A stretch of 45,716 nt of DNA from Deltaproteobacteria bacterium (GTDB taxonomy: Bacteria > Desulfobacterota > Dissulfuribacteria > Dissulfuribacterales > UBA3076), in NCBI GenBank assembly GCA_027004715.1, contig JALTHG010000089.1, positions 1-45,716 of the forward strand, given 5' to 3'. This document shows positions 10,231-20,544 of this stretch, piece by piece (the stretch's first letter is position 1; every line of letters begins with the position of its first letter). The translations under genes and the position numbers were made by a program. Under the pieces are notes generated by a model. That model had not been told where the DNA came from. It saw only the letters and a list, made by a program, of their open reading frames with translations, and did no database searches.

Positions 10231-10367
10231 GTAACCGATTACAGGCTGCTTCTTTTTTTCAACATGCTCTTCCTACAGAGCTAACCCCCTCACCCTGCCC
10301 TCTCCCCCAGGGGAGAGGGTTTGGGCGAGGGGGGACACTGTATTGCCAGAACTTATTGAGAAGTTAC
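10231..10367. mobile_element. Degenerate composite element with GTAAC termini enclosing a GC-rich palindrome
   Basis: Left end GTAACCGATTAC; right end reads GTAACTTCTCAATAAG on the minus strand; no TSD visible. Confidence 0.45.
10285..10333. repeat. GC-rich REP-like palindrome
   Basis: CCCCCTCACCC-TG-CCCTCTCCC-CCAG-GGGAGAGGG-TTT-GGGCGAGGGGG: a 9-bp perfect inner stem and an 11-bp outer stem with one mismatch. Confidence 0.8.
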
Positions 10368-10473
10368 AAAGTATATATTTGACAGCATTTAATCTGAATT
10401 GACAAGCCCTAAATAGCAAATTAAGTTTATTTGAATTGACTAATTACATAATTGTGTTATTTGGATAGGGAGA

Positions 10474-10550
10474 GGGCGATTAGCTCAGTTGGATAGAGCA
10501 TTGGCCTCCGGAGCCAAAGGCCGGGCGTTCGAGTCGCCCATCGCCCGCCA
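10474..10550 (+). tRNA. tRNA-Arg(CCG)
   Basis: Acceptor GGGCGAT/ATCGCCC, anticodon arm TTGGC-CT-CCG-GA-GCCAA, T-loop TTCGAGT, encoded CCA. Confidence 0.97.
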
Positions 10551-10630
10551 GATCTCTTTAGACCTGGCTATTGCCATATGAATGAAGATACAAGAAAAAC
10601 TAACTTAAAGATAGGGAAGGGGGGATACTT

Positions 10631-10822
10631 TTGACGATTGTGGTAGAAGTCCAGGACAACCTGGAAAAGGCCCTCAGGGTCCTCAAGAAAAAGATGCAGC
10701 TTGACGGACTCCAACGAGAGCTCAAAAATCGTCGCTTCTACGAGAAACCAAGTGTAAAAAAACGCCGCAAGATGCAAGAGGCCGAGCGTAGACGTCGTAA
10801 GGCCCAACGCAGGCGAAGATAA
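10631..10822 (+). CDS. rpsU: 30S ribosomal protein S21
   Basis: LEKALRVLKKK, RRFYEKPSVKKRRK; TTG start after a G-rich SD. Confidence 0.95.
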   Translation: MTIVVEVQDNLEKALRVLKKKMQLDGLQRELKNRRFYEKPSVKKRRKMQEAERRRRKAQRRRR

Positions 10823-10830
10823 CTCTGTAA

Positions 10831-10855
10831 TAAGGGGAGCCTCTGGCTCCCCTTA
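10831..10855. terminator. Hairpin between convergent rpsU and prmC, probable terminator
   Basis: TAAGGGGAGCC-TCT-GGCTCCCCTTA, a perfect 11-bp stem with only a weak U-tract. Confidence 0.65.
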
Positions 10856-10885
10856 CATTCCCCTGGCAGGGATGTGAACGGTCAC
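10851..10885 (-). repeat. Short family-A MITE terminus
   Basis: Minus strand reads GTGACCGTTCACATCCCTGCCAGGGG, matching the family-A terminal repeat. Confidence 0.6.
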
Positions 10886-10889
10886 TCAC

Positions 10890-11759
10890 CTACTTACCCT
10901 GTATCACCAAGACCCTGTCTCTCCCAGACAGGTCCTTTTTTATTTCTATATATCTGTATCTGTCAGTATCTAAGGCCACTTTATAGGCCCTTCTTCCTTG
11001 ATCCCATCCAATTTCGCAGACAAACCATGCCCCCTTACGGAGTATTCCAGACACTGTCTTGATGAGCCTGCTGACTTCTTTCAGGCCATCTCTTCCTGCA
11101 AAGAGTGCCTGTTTTGGCTCATAATCCAATATCTCTCTAGCCATGAAGTCTCTATCTCTATAGGCCACATAGGGAGGATTACTGACGACCAGATCAAACC
11201 CCAGGGCAACCTCAGGCAATCTAAATGCACATACCCAGTCTGCCTGTACCATGTATATCCTTGAGCTTACTCCCAGTCTCTCTGCATTCTGGCGTGCCAC
11301 GATCAGGGCATTAAACGACCTGTCTGTTGCCACTACAGTGGCTCCATGGACCTCATGGGCGAGCGTTATTGCCAGGACACCGCACCCAGTACCCAGATCT
11401 GCTATAAATGGCCTTGTCCATCCCTCATCTTCTATTATGGAAAGGGCCGTCTCTACTACTAGCTCGGTCTCAGGCCTGGGGATCAAGGTGTCCCTATTCA
11501 CTATAAAAGGAAGAGACCAGAATTCCCTTTGACCCAATATATAGCCACTAGGTTCATGCATGGCCCTCCGTGCAACAAGGGCCATAAAGTCCCTGATCAA
11601 GGAGTCCTCAAGGCACAGATCTGAATGGAGATAGATCCAAGACCTCTGCCTCTTTAAGAGGTGGGCCAGCAATACCTCTGCCTCCAGCCGTGGATCTTCT
11701 ATGTGGGCCATGGTGAGCATCCTTGATGCAGACTCTAGGGCCCTGGCTATAGTCGTCAT
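10890..11759 (-). CDS. prmC: Release factor glutamine N5-methyltransferase
   Basis: [21 protein letters not shown]; overlaps the prfA stop. Confidence 0.95.
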   Translation of the reverse strand: MTTIARALESASRMLTMAHIEDPRLEAEVLLAHLLKRQRSWIYLHSDLCLEDSLIRDFMALVARRAMHEPSGYILGQREFWSLPFIVNRDTLIPRPETELVVETALSIIEDEGWTRPFIADLGTGCGVLAITLAHEVHGATVVATDRSFNALIVARQNAERLGVSSRIYMVQADWVCAFRLPEVALGFDLVVSNPPYVAYRDRDFMAREILDYEPKQALFAGRDGLKEVSRLIKTVSGILRKGAWFVCEIGWDQGRRAYKVALDTDRYRYIEIKKDLSGRDRVLVIQGK

Positions 11760-12820
11760 GCACCCTGGGCCATGCTCTGGGCCTGATAATAGGTACCTAA
11801 GGCCTCTATGATCTCGTCTATATCACCATCCATTATGGATTCAAGACGATACAGGGTGAGACCTATGCGGTGATCAGTTAATCTCCCCTGGGGGAAATTA
11901 TAGGTACGGATACGCCCACTTCGGTCCCCTGTACCTACCATACCCCGGCGTTCTTCTGAGACCTGGGATTCCTGCTCTCTACGTTTCATATCTAAGAGAC
12001 GTGCATACAGTACCTTCATGGCCTTGGCCTTGTTCTTGTGCTGCGATCGCTCATCTTGACACTGTACGACCATACCAGTCGGTATATGGGTGATACGTAC
12101 AGCAGAGCTTGTCTTGTTGACGTGTTGTCCCCCTGCACCTGATGAACGATATACATCGATGCGGAGCTCATCTGGGTCAATGTCTATATCTACCTCACTT
12201 GCCTCTGGGAGTACGGCTACAGTGACAGCAGAGGTATGTATGCGTCCTTGGGCCTCTGTATCTGGTACCCTCTGGACCCTGTGGGTACCACATTCATATT
12301 TAAGATGGCTGTAGACCCTATTGCCTGAGATGAGCGCTATGATTTCTTTGAATCCACCAATCCCTGTACAGTGTGCACTCAGCACCTCTACCTTCCAGTT
12401 TTTACGCTCTGCATAGCGGCTATACATGCGAAAGAGGTCTGCTGCGAAGAGTGCGGCCTCGTCTCCCCCTATGCCTGCCCTGATCTCTAAGATCACATTC
12501 TTTTTATCATTGGGGTCTCTAGGTAGGAGCATGGACTTAATCCGTTTCTCAAGTCTCTGCTTTTTGACTTCCAGTTCTCTCTGTTCTGAGCGTGCAAGTT
12601 GCTGGACCTCTGGATCAGGGTCCTCGAGCAGTCCTCTATCCTCATCAATCTGCCTGAGCAGCTCACGATACTGACGGTAGGCCGAGACGATCTTATTCAG
12701 ATCAGCATGCTCTTTCGCAACTCTCTGATACTTTTTTGGGTCCCTTATCAGATCAGGATTGCTGAGTTCTCTCTCTAGGACCTGGTATCTATTTTCTAAG
12801 TCTTGAAGTTTGGCTAACAT
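11756..12820 (-). CDS. prfA: Peptide chain release factor 1
   Basis: [18 protein letters not shown] (PxT motif), [11 protein letters not shown]. Confidence 0.97.
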   Translation of the reverse strand: MLAKLQDLENRYQVLERELSNPDLIRDPKKYQRVAKEHADLNKIVSAYRQYRELLRQIDEDRGLLEDPDPEVQQLARSEQRELEVKKQRLEKRIKSMLLPRDPNDKKNVILEIRAGIGGDEAALFAADLFRMYSRYAERKNWKVEVLSAHCTGIGGFKEIIALISGNRVYSHLKYECGTHRVQRVPDTEAQGRIHTSAVTVAVLPEASEVDIDIDPDELRIDVYRSSGAGGQHVNKTSSAVRITHIPTGMVVQCQDERSQHKNKAKAMKVLYARLLDMKRREQESQVSEERRGMVGTGDRSGRIRTYNFPQGRLTDHRIGLTLYRLESIMDGDIDEIIEALGTYYQAQSMAQGA

Positions 12821-12840
12821 CTCTATACAGCAGGAAGCAA

Positions 12841-12928
12841 AAAATTGTTATAAATTTACCCCTCCTGGCCGTCAGGTTTCAGGGGCAGCCTGATGCACAG
12901 AATCAGGCACTCTGCCTGTCAATCCGCA
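12841..12928 (+). repeat. Partial family-A MITE copy
   Basis: CAGGTTTCAGGGGCAGCCTGATGCACAGAATCAGGCACTCTGCCTGTCAATCCGCA aligns with the interior of the 26525-26691 element (CAGGGTTTCAGAGCACACCTTGATGCACAAAATCAGACACTTTGCCCGTTAATCCGCA). Confidence 0.75.
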
Positions 12929-12932
12929 AAGA

Positions 12933-13145
12933 TCAAGATTCTTCTGGTTTATTGCCGTACTTGCGGTAGAACTTTTCTACCCTTCCTGCTGTGTCTACAA
13001 GCTTCTGCTTCCCAGTAAAAAATGGGTGACACTTAGAGCATATCTCCACCTTGATCTCTTTTTTGGTTGAACCCACTTCAAATTCATTGCCACAGGCACA
13101 CTTGACTTTGGCCCTATAATACTTTGGGTGAATATCTTTTTTCAT
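12933..13145 (-). CDS. rpmE: 50S ribosomal protein L31 (zinc-binding type)
   Basis: [32 protein letters not shown]. Confidence 0.97.
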   Translation of the reverse strand: MKKDIHPKYYRAKVKCACGNEFEVGSTKKEIKVEICSKCHPFFTGKQKLVDTAGRVEKFYRKYGNKPEES

Positions 13146-13269
13146 CTTTGACCTCTCTATAGGTTACACTTAATCTTGCTGAAGGCCTGATGCAGCAAGG
13201 GTCTCCGGATGGCTGTAGGGGTAAGAAGCGTAAATCATTGATCTTTTCAGTATTGAACCCTTAAAGTGA

Positions 13270-14565
13270 TCATCTATTCATAGATGCCAAAAACTCAGCA
13301 TTATTTTCTGTCTTCTGCATCTTGTCAAGCAGGAATTCCATACTATCTACAGGATTTAAGGGGGAGAGGAGCTTCCGCAAGATCCAGACCCTGTTCAATA
13401 CGTCCTCAGGCAGTAGCAATTCCTCCTTTCTTGTGCCAGAGTGATTGATGTCAATGGAAGGAAAGATACGCCTATCAGTCAACTTTCTGTCCAGGTGTAT
13501 TTCCATGTTTCCAGTGCCTTTGAATTCCTCGAATATAACCTCGTCCATCCTGCTCCCTGTATCTATCAGGGCAGTAGCTATTATAGTGAGACTGCCTCCC
13601 TCCTCTATATTTCTGGCGGCTCCAAAAAAGCGTTTGGGTTTGTGGAGGGCATTGGAATCTACACCTCCAGAGAGAATCTTCCCGCTTGGGGGGACTATAG
13701 TATTATAGGCCCTGGCAAGTCTGGTGATACTGTCCAGGAGTACCACTACGTCCCGTTTGTGTTCTACCAGGCGCTTTGCCTTTTCGATTACCATCTTAGA
13801 TACCTGTATATGGCGCTGAGGTGGTTCATCAAATGTAGAACTCACCACCTCGGCCTTTACAGAGCGCTGCATATCCGTGACCTCTTCAGGTCTCTCATCT
13901 ATAAGCAGGACTATTAATATCACCTCAGGGTGATTCCTTGAGATGCTGTTGGCAATATTCTGGAGCAACATGGTCTTGCCTGTACGGGGAGGTGCAACTA
14001 TAAGCCCCCTTTGCCCTTTACCAATAGGGGTAAGGAGATCCATGATCCTTGCAGAATAGTTATCTGAATCGGTCTCCAATCTGAATCGTTCATTAGGATA
14101 GAGAGGAGTAAGGTTATCGAATAGTATCTTATCAGAGGATGCCTCTGGGGGATCAAAGTTTAGAGACTTTACCTTCAGCAGGGCAAAGTACCTCTCTCCT
14201 TCCTTTGGGGGGCGGATGCGGCCAGAGATGGTATCACCAGTCCTCAGGCCAAAACGTCTGATCTGCGAAGGAGACACATATGTATCGTCTGGACCTGGCA
14301 AATAATTATAGTCTGGGCTGCGAAGGAATCCAAATCCGTCCTGCAATACCTCCAATACACCTTCGCCATAGACAATGCCGTTATATGCCTTAAGTATGGC
14401 AAATATGAGCTCTTGCCTGCGCATTGCAGAAGGAGATTCTATGCCAAGCTCCTTGGCTACCTTGTAGAGTTCAGATATACTCTTTATTTTGATATCTCTT
14501 AAATTTATGATCTTGAGATCATCGTCATTATTTTTTGTCTTGTTCAATTCTTTATCTTCCTTCAT
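13270..14565 (-). CDS. rho: Transcription termination factor Rho
   Basis: [61 protein letters not shown]. Confidence 0.98.
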   Translation of the reverse strand: MKEDKELNKTKNNDDDLKIINLRDIKIKSISELYKVAKELGIESPSAMRRQELIFAILKAYNGIVYGEGVLEVLQDGFGFLRSPDYNYLPGPDDTYVSPSQIRRFGLRTGDTISGRIRPPKEGERYFALLKVKSLNFDPPEASSDKILFDNLTPLYPNERFRLETDSDNYSARIMDLLTPIGKGQRGLIVAPPRTGKTMLLQNIANSISRNHPEVILIVLLIDERPEEVTDMQRSVKAEVVSSTFDEPPQRHIQVSKMVIEKAKRLVEHKRDVVVLLDSITRLARAYNTIVPPSGKILSGGVDSNALHKPKRFFGAARNIEEGGSLTIIATALIDTGSRMDEVIFEEFKGTGNMEIHLDRKLTDRRIFPSIDINHSGTRKEELLLPEDVLNRVWILRKLLSPLNPVDSMEFLLDKMQKTENNAEFLASMNR

Positions 14566-14799
14566 TTTTTTTGAATATAGGGTCTCTTTTGATAGAAGAT
14601 CACTATACTATAAAGAGAATAAATCCCTGGAATAATAAGCCAGAATACATGTCCTCAGAAACTCACCAAAGAGATGCACAACTCAAGTTTTAACTTAGGG
14701 AAAACCTACTGAACAGGGAGAAATGAGAGATTATCCCAGATTTATATAATAATATCAAGAAATCTTTATAAAGATATCCAGCGATTGAAAACAATAAGA

Positions 14800-14995
14800 G
14801 CAAATTCTCAATAAGTTAGACCGAGACAGACAAAGGATCTTCCAAGACATCTGCCAGGAATAGATATGCTAATGCCCCCTCCTGTTGGAACCTTTAGTCG
14901 CCGATCACAGGTTATGCTCCTGAGACCCTGAAAAGGGCCACCACTGACCAGGGGGATGTGAACACTTACACGGCTCTGACCTATTGAGAAGTCAC
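14800..14995. mobile_element. Nested MITE in the rho leader
   Basis: Outer IRs GCAAATTCTCAATAAGTTAGA and (minus strand) GTGACTTCTCAATAGGTCAGA, flanked by CAATAAGA/TAATAAGG (6 of 8 identical); the interior (about 14870-14969) is an inverted, shortened family-A copy. Confidence 0.7.
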
Positions 14996-15025
14996 TAATA
15001 AGGTACTTCGATAACTAACACAAAT

Positions 15026-15055
15026 ATTATAGTCATATAATAGTGAGTTTGTCAA
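15026..15055 (-). promoter_or_regulatory. sigma70 promoter for rho
   Basis: Minus strand TTGACA-18 nt-TATAAT, both hexamers matching consensus exactly. Confidence 0.75.
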
Positions 15056-15075
15056 TATAACTATCAAGTTGTAAT

Positions 15076-15119
15076 CTAAGAGTTCACATCCCTCCTGTTG
15101 AGACGTTTACGCGCCGGCC
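15076..15119 (+). repeat. Truncated family-A MITE end
   Basis: GTTCACATCCCTCCTGTTGAGACGTTTACGCGCCGGCC resembles the reverse complement of the right end of 26525-26691. Confidence 0.7.
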
Positions 15120-15147
15120 CTGTTTCTGGAATGGAAGAGAGACAACC

Positions 15148-16290
15148 TTATTCAAGGCGCTTCTTCATATGTCTCTTCACAACTATAAATAGGAAGAGAG
15201 ACATTACTATAAGTGCCAGAGAATTGTAGATGACTATCGGCCACACATCTCCTGCAAGGAAGACAGTCTGTAATATATCTACAAAATACCGCGCAGCTAT
15301 CAGATAGGTCAAGACCTGGATCGCTGCTGGCATGGACTTTATTTCAAATATGAAACCTGAGAGGATAAATGCCGGCAAAAACGTAACTATCATGGCTATC
15401 TGTCCTGCCACAAACTGGGTCTTTGCCATCACTGAGATGAGAAGTCCCATGGCAAGAGCAGTCAGCAGGAAGAGTGAAGACCCTATAAAGAGGACCCATA
15501 AAGAGCCCCTTAGAGGCACATGGAATAGCCATATGGCCATGATTACAGACAGGGCCATCCCCCCCATCCCCAATACAAAATAAGGGATCACCTTACCCAA
15601 GATTATCTCTCTCACATTTACAGGTGTAACCATGAGGGCCTCCATGGTGCCTCTCTCCCACTCTCTGGCCACCACCATGGCAGTGAGCATGGCCCCGATA
15701 AGGGTCATTATCACGGCTATCAGGCCAGGCACCAGGAAATTCCTGCTGCGCATCTGGGCATTAAACCATATCCGATGTTCTACATTTACTGGGATAAGGA
15801 GTGACCTGCCCCCTTCAATTGATGCCTGCTCAATCCATTTGATCCAGACCCCTTGCATATATCCCTCTATTATCCTGGCCTGATTGGCATCTACCCCATT
15901 TACTATGACCCCTATAGGTGCATTCCCTGTACTGAGCATCTGCCTTCCAAAATTTCCTCTGATCCAGACTATTCCGTCTACATCCCTCTTCATCAGAGAT
16001 CTTTCTGCCTCTTGTATACTGGTCATAATCACTGGAGAGAAATATCTTGAGTGTCTGAGCCCGGCCACAAAGTCTGAGGTCTCCCTGGTCTGATGTTCCA
16101 CTACTACAGCTATAGGGACATACTCGGCATCGAGAGACACCCCATATCCAAAGATAAAGAGCAGTACTATGGGAAGCACAAAGGCAATGGCTATGCTGGA
16201 TGGGTCCCTTATTATCTGATAGCCCTCTTTACAGATAAGCCCCTTGAGCCGCATAGATCCCTTGCCTCTATGGAGATCCTGGCCATTCAT
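15148..16290 (-). CDS. ABC-2 exporter permease (YbhS/YbhR-like)
   Basis: KEGYQIIRDP, FLVPGLIAVIM, AREWERGTMEALMVTPV, LSGFIFEI; multiple TM segments. Confidence 0.9.
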   Translation of the reverse strand: MNGQDLHRGKGSMRLKGLICKEGYQIIRDPSSIAIAFVLPIVLLFIFGYGVSLDAEYVPIAVVVEHQTRETSDFVAGLRHSRYFSPVIMTSIQEAERSLMKRDVDGIVWIRGNFGRQMLSTGNAPIGVIVNGVDANQARIIEGYMQGVWIKWIEQASIEGGRSLLIPVNVEHRIWFNAQMRSRNFLVPGLIAVIMTLIGAMLTAMVVAREWERGTMEALMVTPVNVREIILGKVIPYFVLGMGGMALSVIMAIWLFHVPLRGSLWVLFIGSSLFLLTALAMGLLISVMAKTQFVAGQIAMIVTFLPAFILSGFIFEIKSMPAAIQVLTYLIAARYFVDILQTVFLAGDVWPIVIYNSLALIVMSLFLFIVVKRHMKKRLE

Positions 16291-18056
16291 ATAGGCTTAC
16301 TCCTGTTATCGTGGTGTTCGATCATGGCTATAAAGACGTCTTCCATGCTGGGCTCGGGTTCCTGAGGTGTGCGAAACGGGGCCTTCATCTCTTCAGGGGT
16401 CCCTTGTCCCAGTATCTCTCCCTGGGCCATGATAACCAGCCTGTCACAGTACTCTGCCTCCTCCATAAAGTGAGTGGTCACCAGTACGGTCACACCTGCA
16501 TCTGACAGTATGTTTATCCTGTTCCAGAATTCCCTTCTGGCAATAGGGTCTATCCCAGAGGTAGGTTCGTCCAAAAACAGGATCTCTGGTTCATGTATAA
16601 GGGCCACTGCAAGGGCCAGGCGCTGTTTATACCCGAGCGGCAGGTCCCCGCTTGTCATATTTGCCAGATGGGTCATCTCAAAGGACTCTATGGCCCATTC
16701 TATGCGTCTCTTTTGGCGTCTGCCCTTCAGACCATAGATACTGCTGAAGAACTGCAGGTTTTGAAGCACTGTCAGACCTCTATATAGAGAAAATTTCTGG
16801 GCCATGTAGCCTATATTTGCCCTGGCCTGGGCCCCTGCGACCCGCAGGTCACTGCCTGCCACCTCGATTCTGCCCCCTGAGGCAGGAAGCAGGCCACAGA
16901 GCATACGAAAGGTAGTAGACTTGCCAGCACCGTTTGCACCGAGGAGGCCAAATATCTCGCCGCGCCTGACGCGGAAGTCTATCCCCTTTACTGCATAAAA
17001 ATCCCCAAAACGGCGCTTCAGGTCCTCAACTACAATGACATCCCCATCCCTAATGCCCACTGGAGAGCTGATAAAGTCCTCTCTCACTGGAAGCACTGGC
17101 CTTCTGTCTGCTGTACATCTCTTGAGTATATAGATAAAGGCATCCTCAAATCTGGGGGGGGCTGCCTGGACAGACAGGCCTGCACCATCCCCAAAGAGCG
17201 ACTCTATCTCCTCAGGAGATTGAGGCCTGTCTGTCACCAGTCTTACCCTGTTCCCGAGGACAATACAGTCGACTACCCCTGGCATTGTGCTTATGCGCTG
17301 TTGAAGTCTGCGTCCCTTCTCTGTCTCTGAGGTCAGCATAAAGGTCTGATCCTTGAGGTCATTGTAGAATCGAGATGGGGCATCCTGTCCTAAAATGCGT
17401 CCCTCATGCATCAGGATAACCTCCTGGCACCTCTCGGCCTCATCCAGATATGCAGTGCTCAAAAGCACGCTCATGCCTTCCTCCTGGACCAGCCTGTAGA
17501 TGATTGTCCAGAGTTCGCGCCTTGATATTGGATCTACTCCTACTGTAGGTTCATCCAGGAGAAGGAACTCAGGGGGCCTCACAAGGGTACAGGCAAGGCC
17601 AAGCTTCTGCTTCATCCCCCCTGAGAGCCTCTTTGCAAGCCTCCTGGTAAAGGGCGCAAGCATGGTCATCTTCAGGAGTTCTGCATATCGTCTGGGACGC
17701 CTGGCCTCTGGCACTCCCTGCAGGTCGGCATACAGGTCCAGATTTTCCTGGACCGTGAGGTCTTCATAGAGACCAAAGCGCTGGGGCATGTATCCTATAG
17801 AGGCCTGGACTGACAAGGGGTCCTTAAGTACATCTATATCGAGGACATGGACATCTCCCTTGTCAGGCACAAGTAGTCCTGCAACTATGCGCATGAGGGT
17901 GGTCTTGCCTGCGCCATCAGGACCAATGAGGCCTGTAACTACTCCCCGTCTGACCCTGAGGCTGATCTCTTCCAGTGCAGTCCTTTTCTGTCTTCTGGAC
18001 TGGAAAGACTTTGTGACTCCTTCCATAACGAGCACATAGCCTGCCTTTTGGGCCAT
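16287..18056 (-). CDS. ABC exporter ATP-binding protein with two NBDs (YbhF-like)
   Basis: GPDGAGKT with LSGGMKQK and LDEPT; GANGAGKS with LPLGYKQR and LDEPT. Confidence 0.92.
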   Translation of the reverse strand: MAQKAGYVLVMEGVTKSFQSRRQKRTALEEISLRVRRGVVTGLIGPDGAGKTTLMRIVAGLLVPDKGDVHVLDIDVLKDPLSVQASIGYMPQRFGLYEDLTVQENLDLYADLQGVPEARRPRRYAELLKMTMLAPFTRRLAKRLSGGMKQKLGLACTLVRPPEFLLLDEPTVGVDPISRRELWTIIYRLVQEEGMSVLLSTAYLDEAERCQEVILMHEGRILGQDAPSRFYNDLKDQTFMLTSETEKGRRLQQRISTMPGVVDCIVLGNRVRLVTDRPQSPEEIESLFGDGAGLSVQAAPPRFEDAFIYILKRCTADRRPVLPVREDFISSPVGIRDGDVIVVEDLKRRFGDFYAVKGIDFRVRRGEIFGLLGANGAGKSTTFRMLCGLLPASGGRIEVAGSDLRVAGAQARANIGYMAQKFSLYRGLTVLQNLQFFSSIYGLKGRRQKRRIEWAIESFEMTHLANMTSGDLPLGYKQRLALAVALIHEPEILFLDEPTSGIDPIARREFWNRINILSDAGVTVLVTTHFMEEAEYCDRLVIMAQGEILGQGTPEEMKAPFRTPQEPEPSMEDVFIAMIEHHDNRSKPI

Positions 18057-18061
18057 ATCAC

Positions 18062-19099
18062 CTATCTATTCTGGCATACAGAGGAGCCTGGCCCTCTGCC
18101 CATGGATATGGGTTGATCAAGTCGGATAGTTACAGTGGCGGGCATGCCCAGGCGCAGTTCATTATTGCCATTGCAGACATAGACCCGTATCTGATAGACC
18201 AGGCGTGTACGGAGGTCAGGGGTCTCTACATTTTTAGGCGTGAATTCAGCAGTAGGAGAGATAAAACCTATCCAGCCCTTATAGACCTTATTGGGATAGC
18301 TATCTGTAGTCACATCTGCCTCCATTCCAGGAACGACCTTCCCTATCTCTGGCTCAGATACATAGGCCCTGACCCAGATAGGCCTGTCAAGGGCCACTGT
18401 AAACACAGGCTTTTCAGGAAAGGCCATATCGCCAGGCTCCATAATCCGGTCCTGTATCACCCCATAGGAGGGGGCATAGAGCTTTGTATCGGCAAGTCTC
18501 TGTCGAGCAAGTCCCAGTGCAGCCTGATATTGCTTCAGCCTGGCCTTTGCTGCCTCTATGTCTTCTCTGCGTGGCCCAACTATAGCAAGGTCAAGTGCCT
18601 CCCTGGCAGACCTGAGCTCGGCCCTTGCCGTCTCAAGCCGTGCAGTCACGTCATCCAGCCTCTGTCTGGACACGTATTCTGTCTTGGTAAGCTCCTTGAT
18701 CCGTCTGTATGTGACCTCGGCATTCTGAAGGACTGCCTCGTCGGCCCTGACCCTGGCCCTGGCCTGTCTGATCTCCTGAGGCCTTGAGCCTGCCAGCAGT
18801 CGCTTCAGTATCTGCCTCTGGACCTCTACTTCCCCCTCCAGTTCTCTTACAGACATCTCATAGCGGACAGGGTCTATCTCGGCCAAGAGTTGTCCTGGCC
18901 TGACAGTATCTCCCTCCTGGACAAATATATGTGAAATTCGACCCGTATCGTGGAATGCCAGTTCTATCTGACGTATATCTACATTCCCATAGAGTGTCAA
19001 TGTATCGAGATGGGTCTCTCTATGCCTCTTCAGGACATAGATGCTACAGGCAGTCAGGGCTATAATCAGAAAAAGCACTATTGCCTTTTTTTTGTCCAT
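18062..19099 (-). CDS. HlyD-family periplasmic adaptor (YbhG-like)
   Basis: N-terminal TM, LYGNVDIRQ, coiled coil, ISPTAEFTPKNVET, LRLGMPATV. Confidence 0.9.
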   Translation of the reverse strand: MDKKKAIVLFLIIALTACSIYVLKRHRETHLDTLTLYGNVDIRQIELAFHDTGRISHIFVQEGDTVRPGQLLAEIDPVRYEMSVRELEGEVEVQRQILKRLLAGSRPQEIRQARARVRADEAVLQNAEVTYRRIKELTKTEYVSRQRLDDVTARLETARAELRSAREALDLAIVGPRREDIEAAKARLKQYQAALGLARQRLADTKLYAPSYGVIQDRIMEPGDMAFPEKPVFTVALDRPIWVRAYVSEPEIGKVVPGMEADVTTDSYPNKVYKGWIGFISPTAEFTPKNVETPDLRTRLVYQIRVYVCNGNNELRLGMPATVTIRLDQPISMGRGPGSSVCQNR

Positions 19100-19103
19100 T
19101 GGA

Positions 19104-20438
19104 TCAGTCCTTTTTCAGGAGGGAATTTATGGCAATCAGATCCTGGACGGTCAAGACCCCTGTTGCCCTCTTCAACTCGATCCTGGCGATAAGATGGTTA
19201 TAGAGCACTGAGAGGTATCTGCGTCTTGCATCATTGTAGTTCTGGGTCGTATCCAGTGTATTAATAACTGTACGAGTACCCAGGAGATAGCCCTTATTTG
19301 TGGACTCCATTGATATCTTTGCGGACTTTACTGCCTGTATAGCCGCTTTTAGATGGGCCACGCTCTCTTTCAGGTTCAAAAAGGCACTCTCTGTGTCAAG
19401 TCTCACCTGGTCCCTCAATCTCTCCAACTGATGTTGAGTAACGAGACTCTCTGCCTCTGCCTGTTTTGTCTTTGCCCCTATGGAACCACCCAGATAGATG
19501 GGAATTTTCAGGACCAGACCTGCCTCTATATCCCTCCTTCTGACGTCAGGTACAAATGCGCCCCTTAGATAACTGGCCCCTGCCTCTATATCCAATCTGG
19601 GCCACCTCTCTCTGCGAATTACCTTGACCCTATCCCTGGCCTGCTCCAACTCTCTCCTGGCCTGCTCCAACACTGGTTGATTTCGGAGGGCCGACTGTAC
19701 CCAGGGTTCTATCCTGTCAGGATTGGGACCTCTGGGCAAAAACGGCCCTACATCCCTTAGGGCCCCTACTGGGGCATGTGTGAGGAGCTCAAGCCGCCTA
19801 CGGGAGACCTCGACCATATTATCTGCCTTTATGAGTTCTGCCTGTGCCATATCTACACGTGCCTGCGCCTCCTGTACAGCGGTTATATCCCCTGTACCTA
19901 CCCTGAGGAATGCCTGTGCCTGGTCAAGGATCCTCTTGAGGAGATCATATTCGCTCCTTGCCACTCTTGCATCGGCCTCGGCCTTTAGTACCTCAAAGTA
20001 GGCCCTTGTTACCCTCACCATCAGGTCTTGCCTGGCATTTATCAGGGCAGCCTTCCCTGCCATGATCCCTGCCTGAGCCACCTCAAGGTTTGCATAGGCC
20101 TGACCGTCAAATACTGGCTGTTTGAGTGTAACGCTGTATTGATCTCCCCAATAACACTCCACGGGCATATTTCCCATAAACCCCATAATGTGTGTCCGCC
20201 TCCTGGCAACTCCTGCCCCAGCAGTCAGATTAGGGAGAAGTGCAGACCTTGCAAGGGGACGAGCGGCCCTGCAGACCTCAAGTCTGGCCCCTGCCTTGGC
20301 CAAAAGGGGATCTGTCTTGACTGCCTGTCTATAGACTGAAATGAGGTCCTCTGCATACAGAAGACCTGTGCCTCCCAAGAGAGAGGATGCAAATAAAAGG
20401 GTCAAAAGGATACACCTGACTGGAGGTCTCATAGACAT
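19104..20438 (-). CDS. TolC-family outer membrane efflux protein
   Basis: Signal peptide, DLISVYRQA, ARSALLPNL, YLLGTRTVINTLD, LKRATGVL; start uncertain (20432, 20438 or 20495). Confidence 0.88.
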   Translation of the reverse strand: MSMRPPVRCILLTLLFASSLLGGTGLLYAEDLISVYRQAVKTDPLLAKAGARLEVCRAARPLARSALLPNLTAGAGVARRRTHIMGFMGNMPVECYWGDQYSVTLKQPVFDGQAYANLEVAQAGIMAGKAALINARQDLMVRVTRAYFEVLKAEADARVARSEYDLLKRILDQAQAFLRVGTGDITAVQEAQARVDMAQAELIKADNMVEVSRRRLELLTHAPVGALRDVGPFLPRGPNPDRIEPWVQSALRNQPVLEQARRELEQARDRVKVIRRERWPRLDIEAGASYLRGAFVPDVRRRDIEAGLVLKIPIYLGGSIGAKTKQAEAESLVTQHQLERLRDQVRLDTESAFLNLKESVAHLKAAIQAVKSAKISMESTNKGYLLGTRTVINTLDTTQNYNDARRRYLSVLYNHLIARIELKRATGVLTVQDLIAINSLLKKD

Positions 20439-20498
20439 ATATCTCACGGTCTCGACTAAATATGTCTCTATAAATAATAAAGGGACTGTCTGCAAAAT

Positions 20499-20544
20499 CC
20501 AACACCCTCAATATACTGATACGCCCAAGTTATTGAGGAGTTGC
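20499..20544. repeat. Mini inverted repeat with GTAACTTCTCAATAAG-type termini
   Basis: CCAACACCCTCAATA ... TATTGAGGAGTTGC resembles the termini at 10350-10367 and 14800/14995. Confidence 0.45.

Noticed and set aside
10436-10463. sigma70 promoter for tRNA-Arg and rpsU
   Set aside because: Several TTGAC hexamers are present but no convincing -10 at the right spacing, so no single promoter could be chosen
13175-13199. Hairpin CTTGCTG...CAGCAAG upstream of rpmE as an L31 autoregulatory leader
   Set aside because: Only a 7-bp stem, and no covariation evidence is available from one sequence
14732-14742. TATCCCAGATT here and TATCCCAGAT at 26711 as extra family-B ends
   Set aside because: The matches are too short and have no partner IR or TSD
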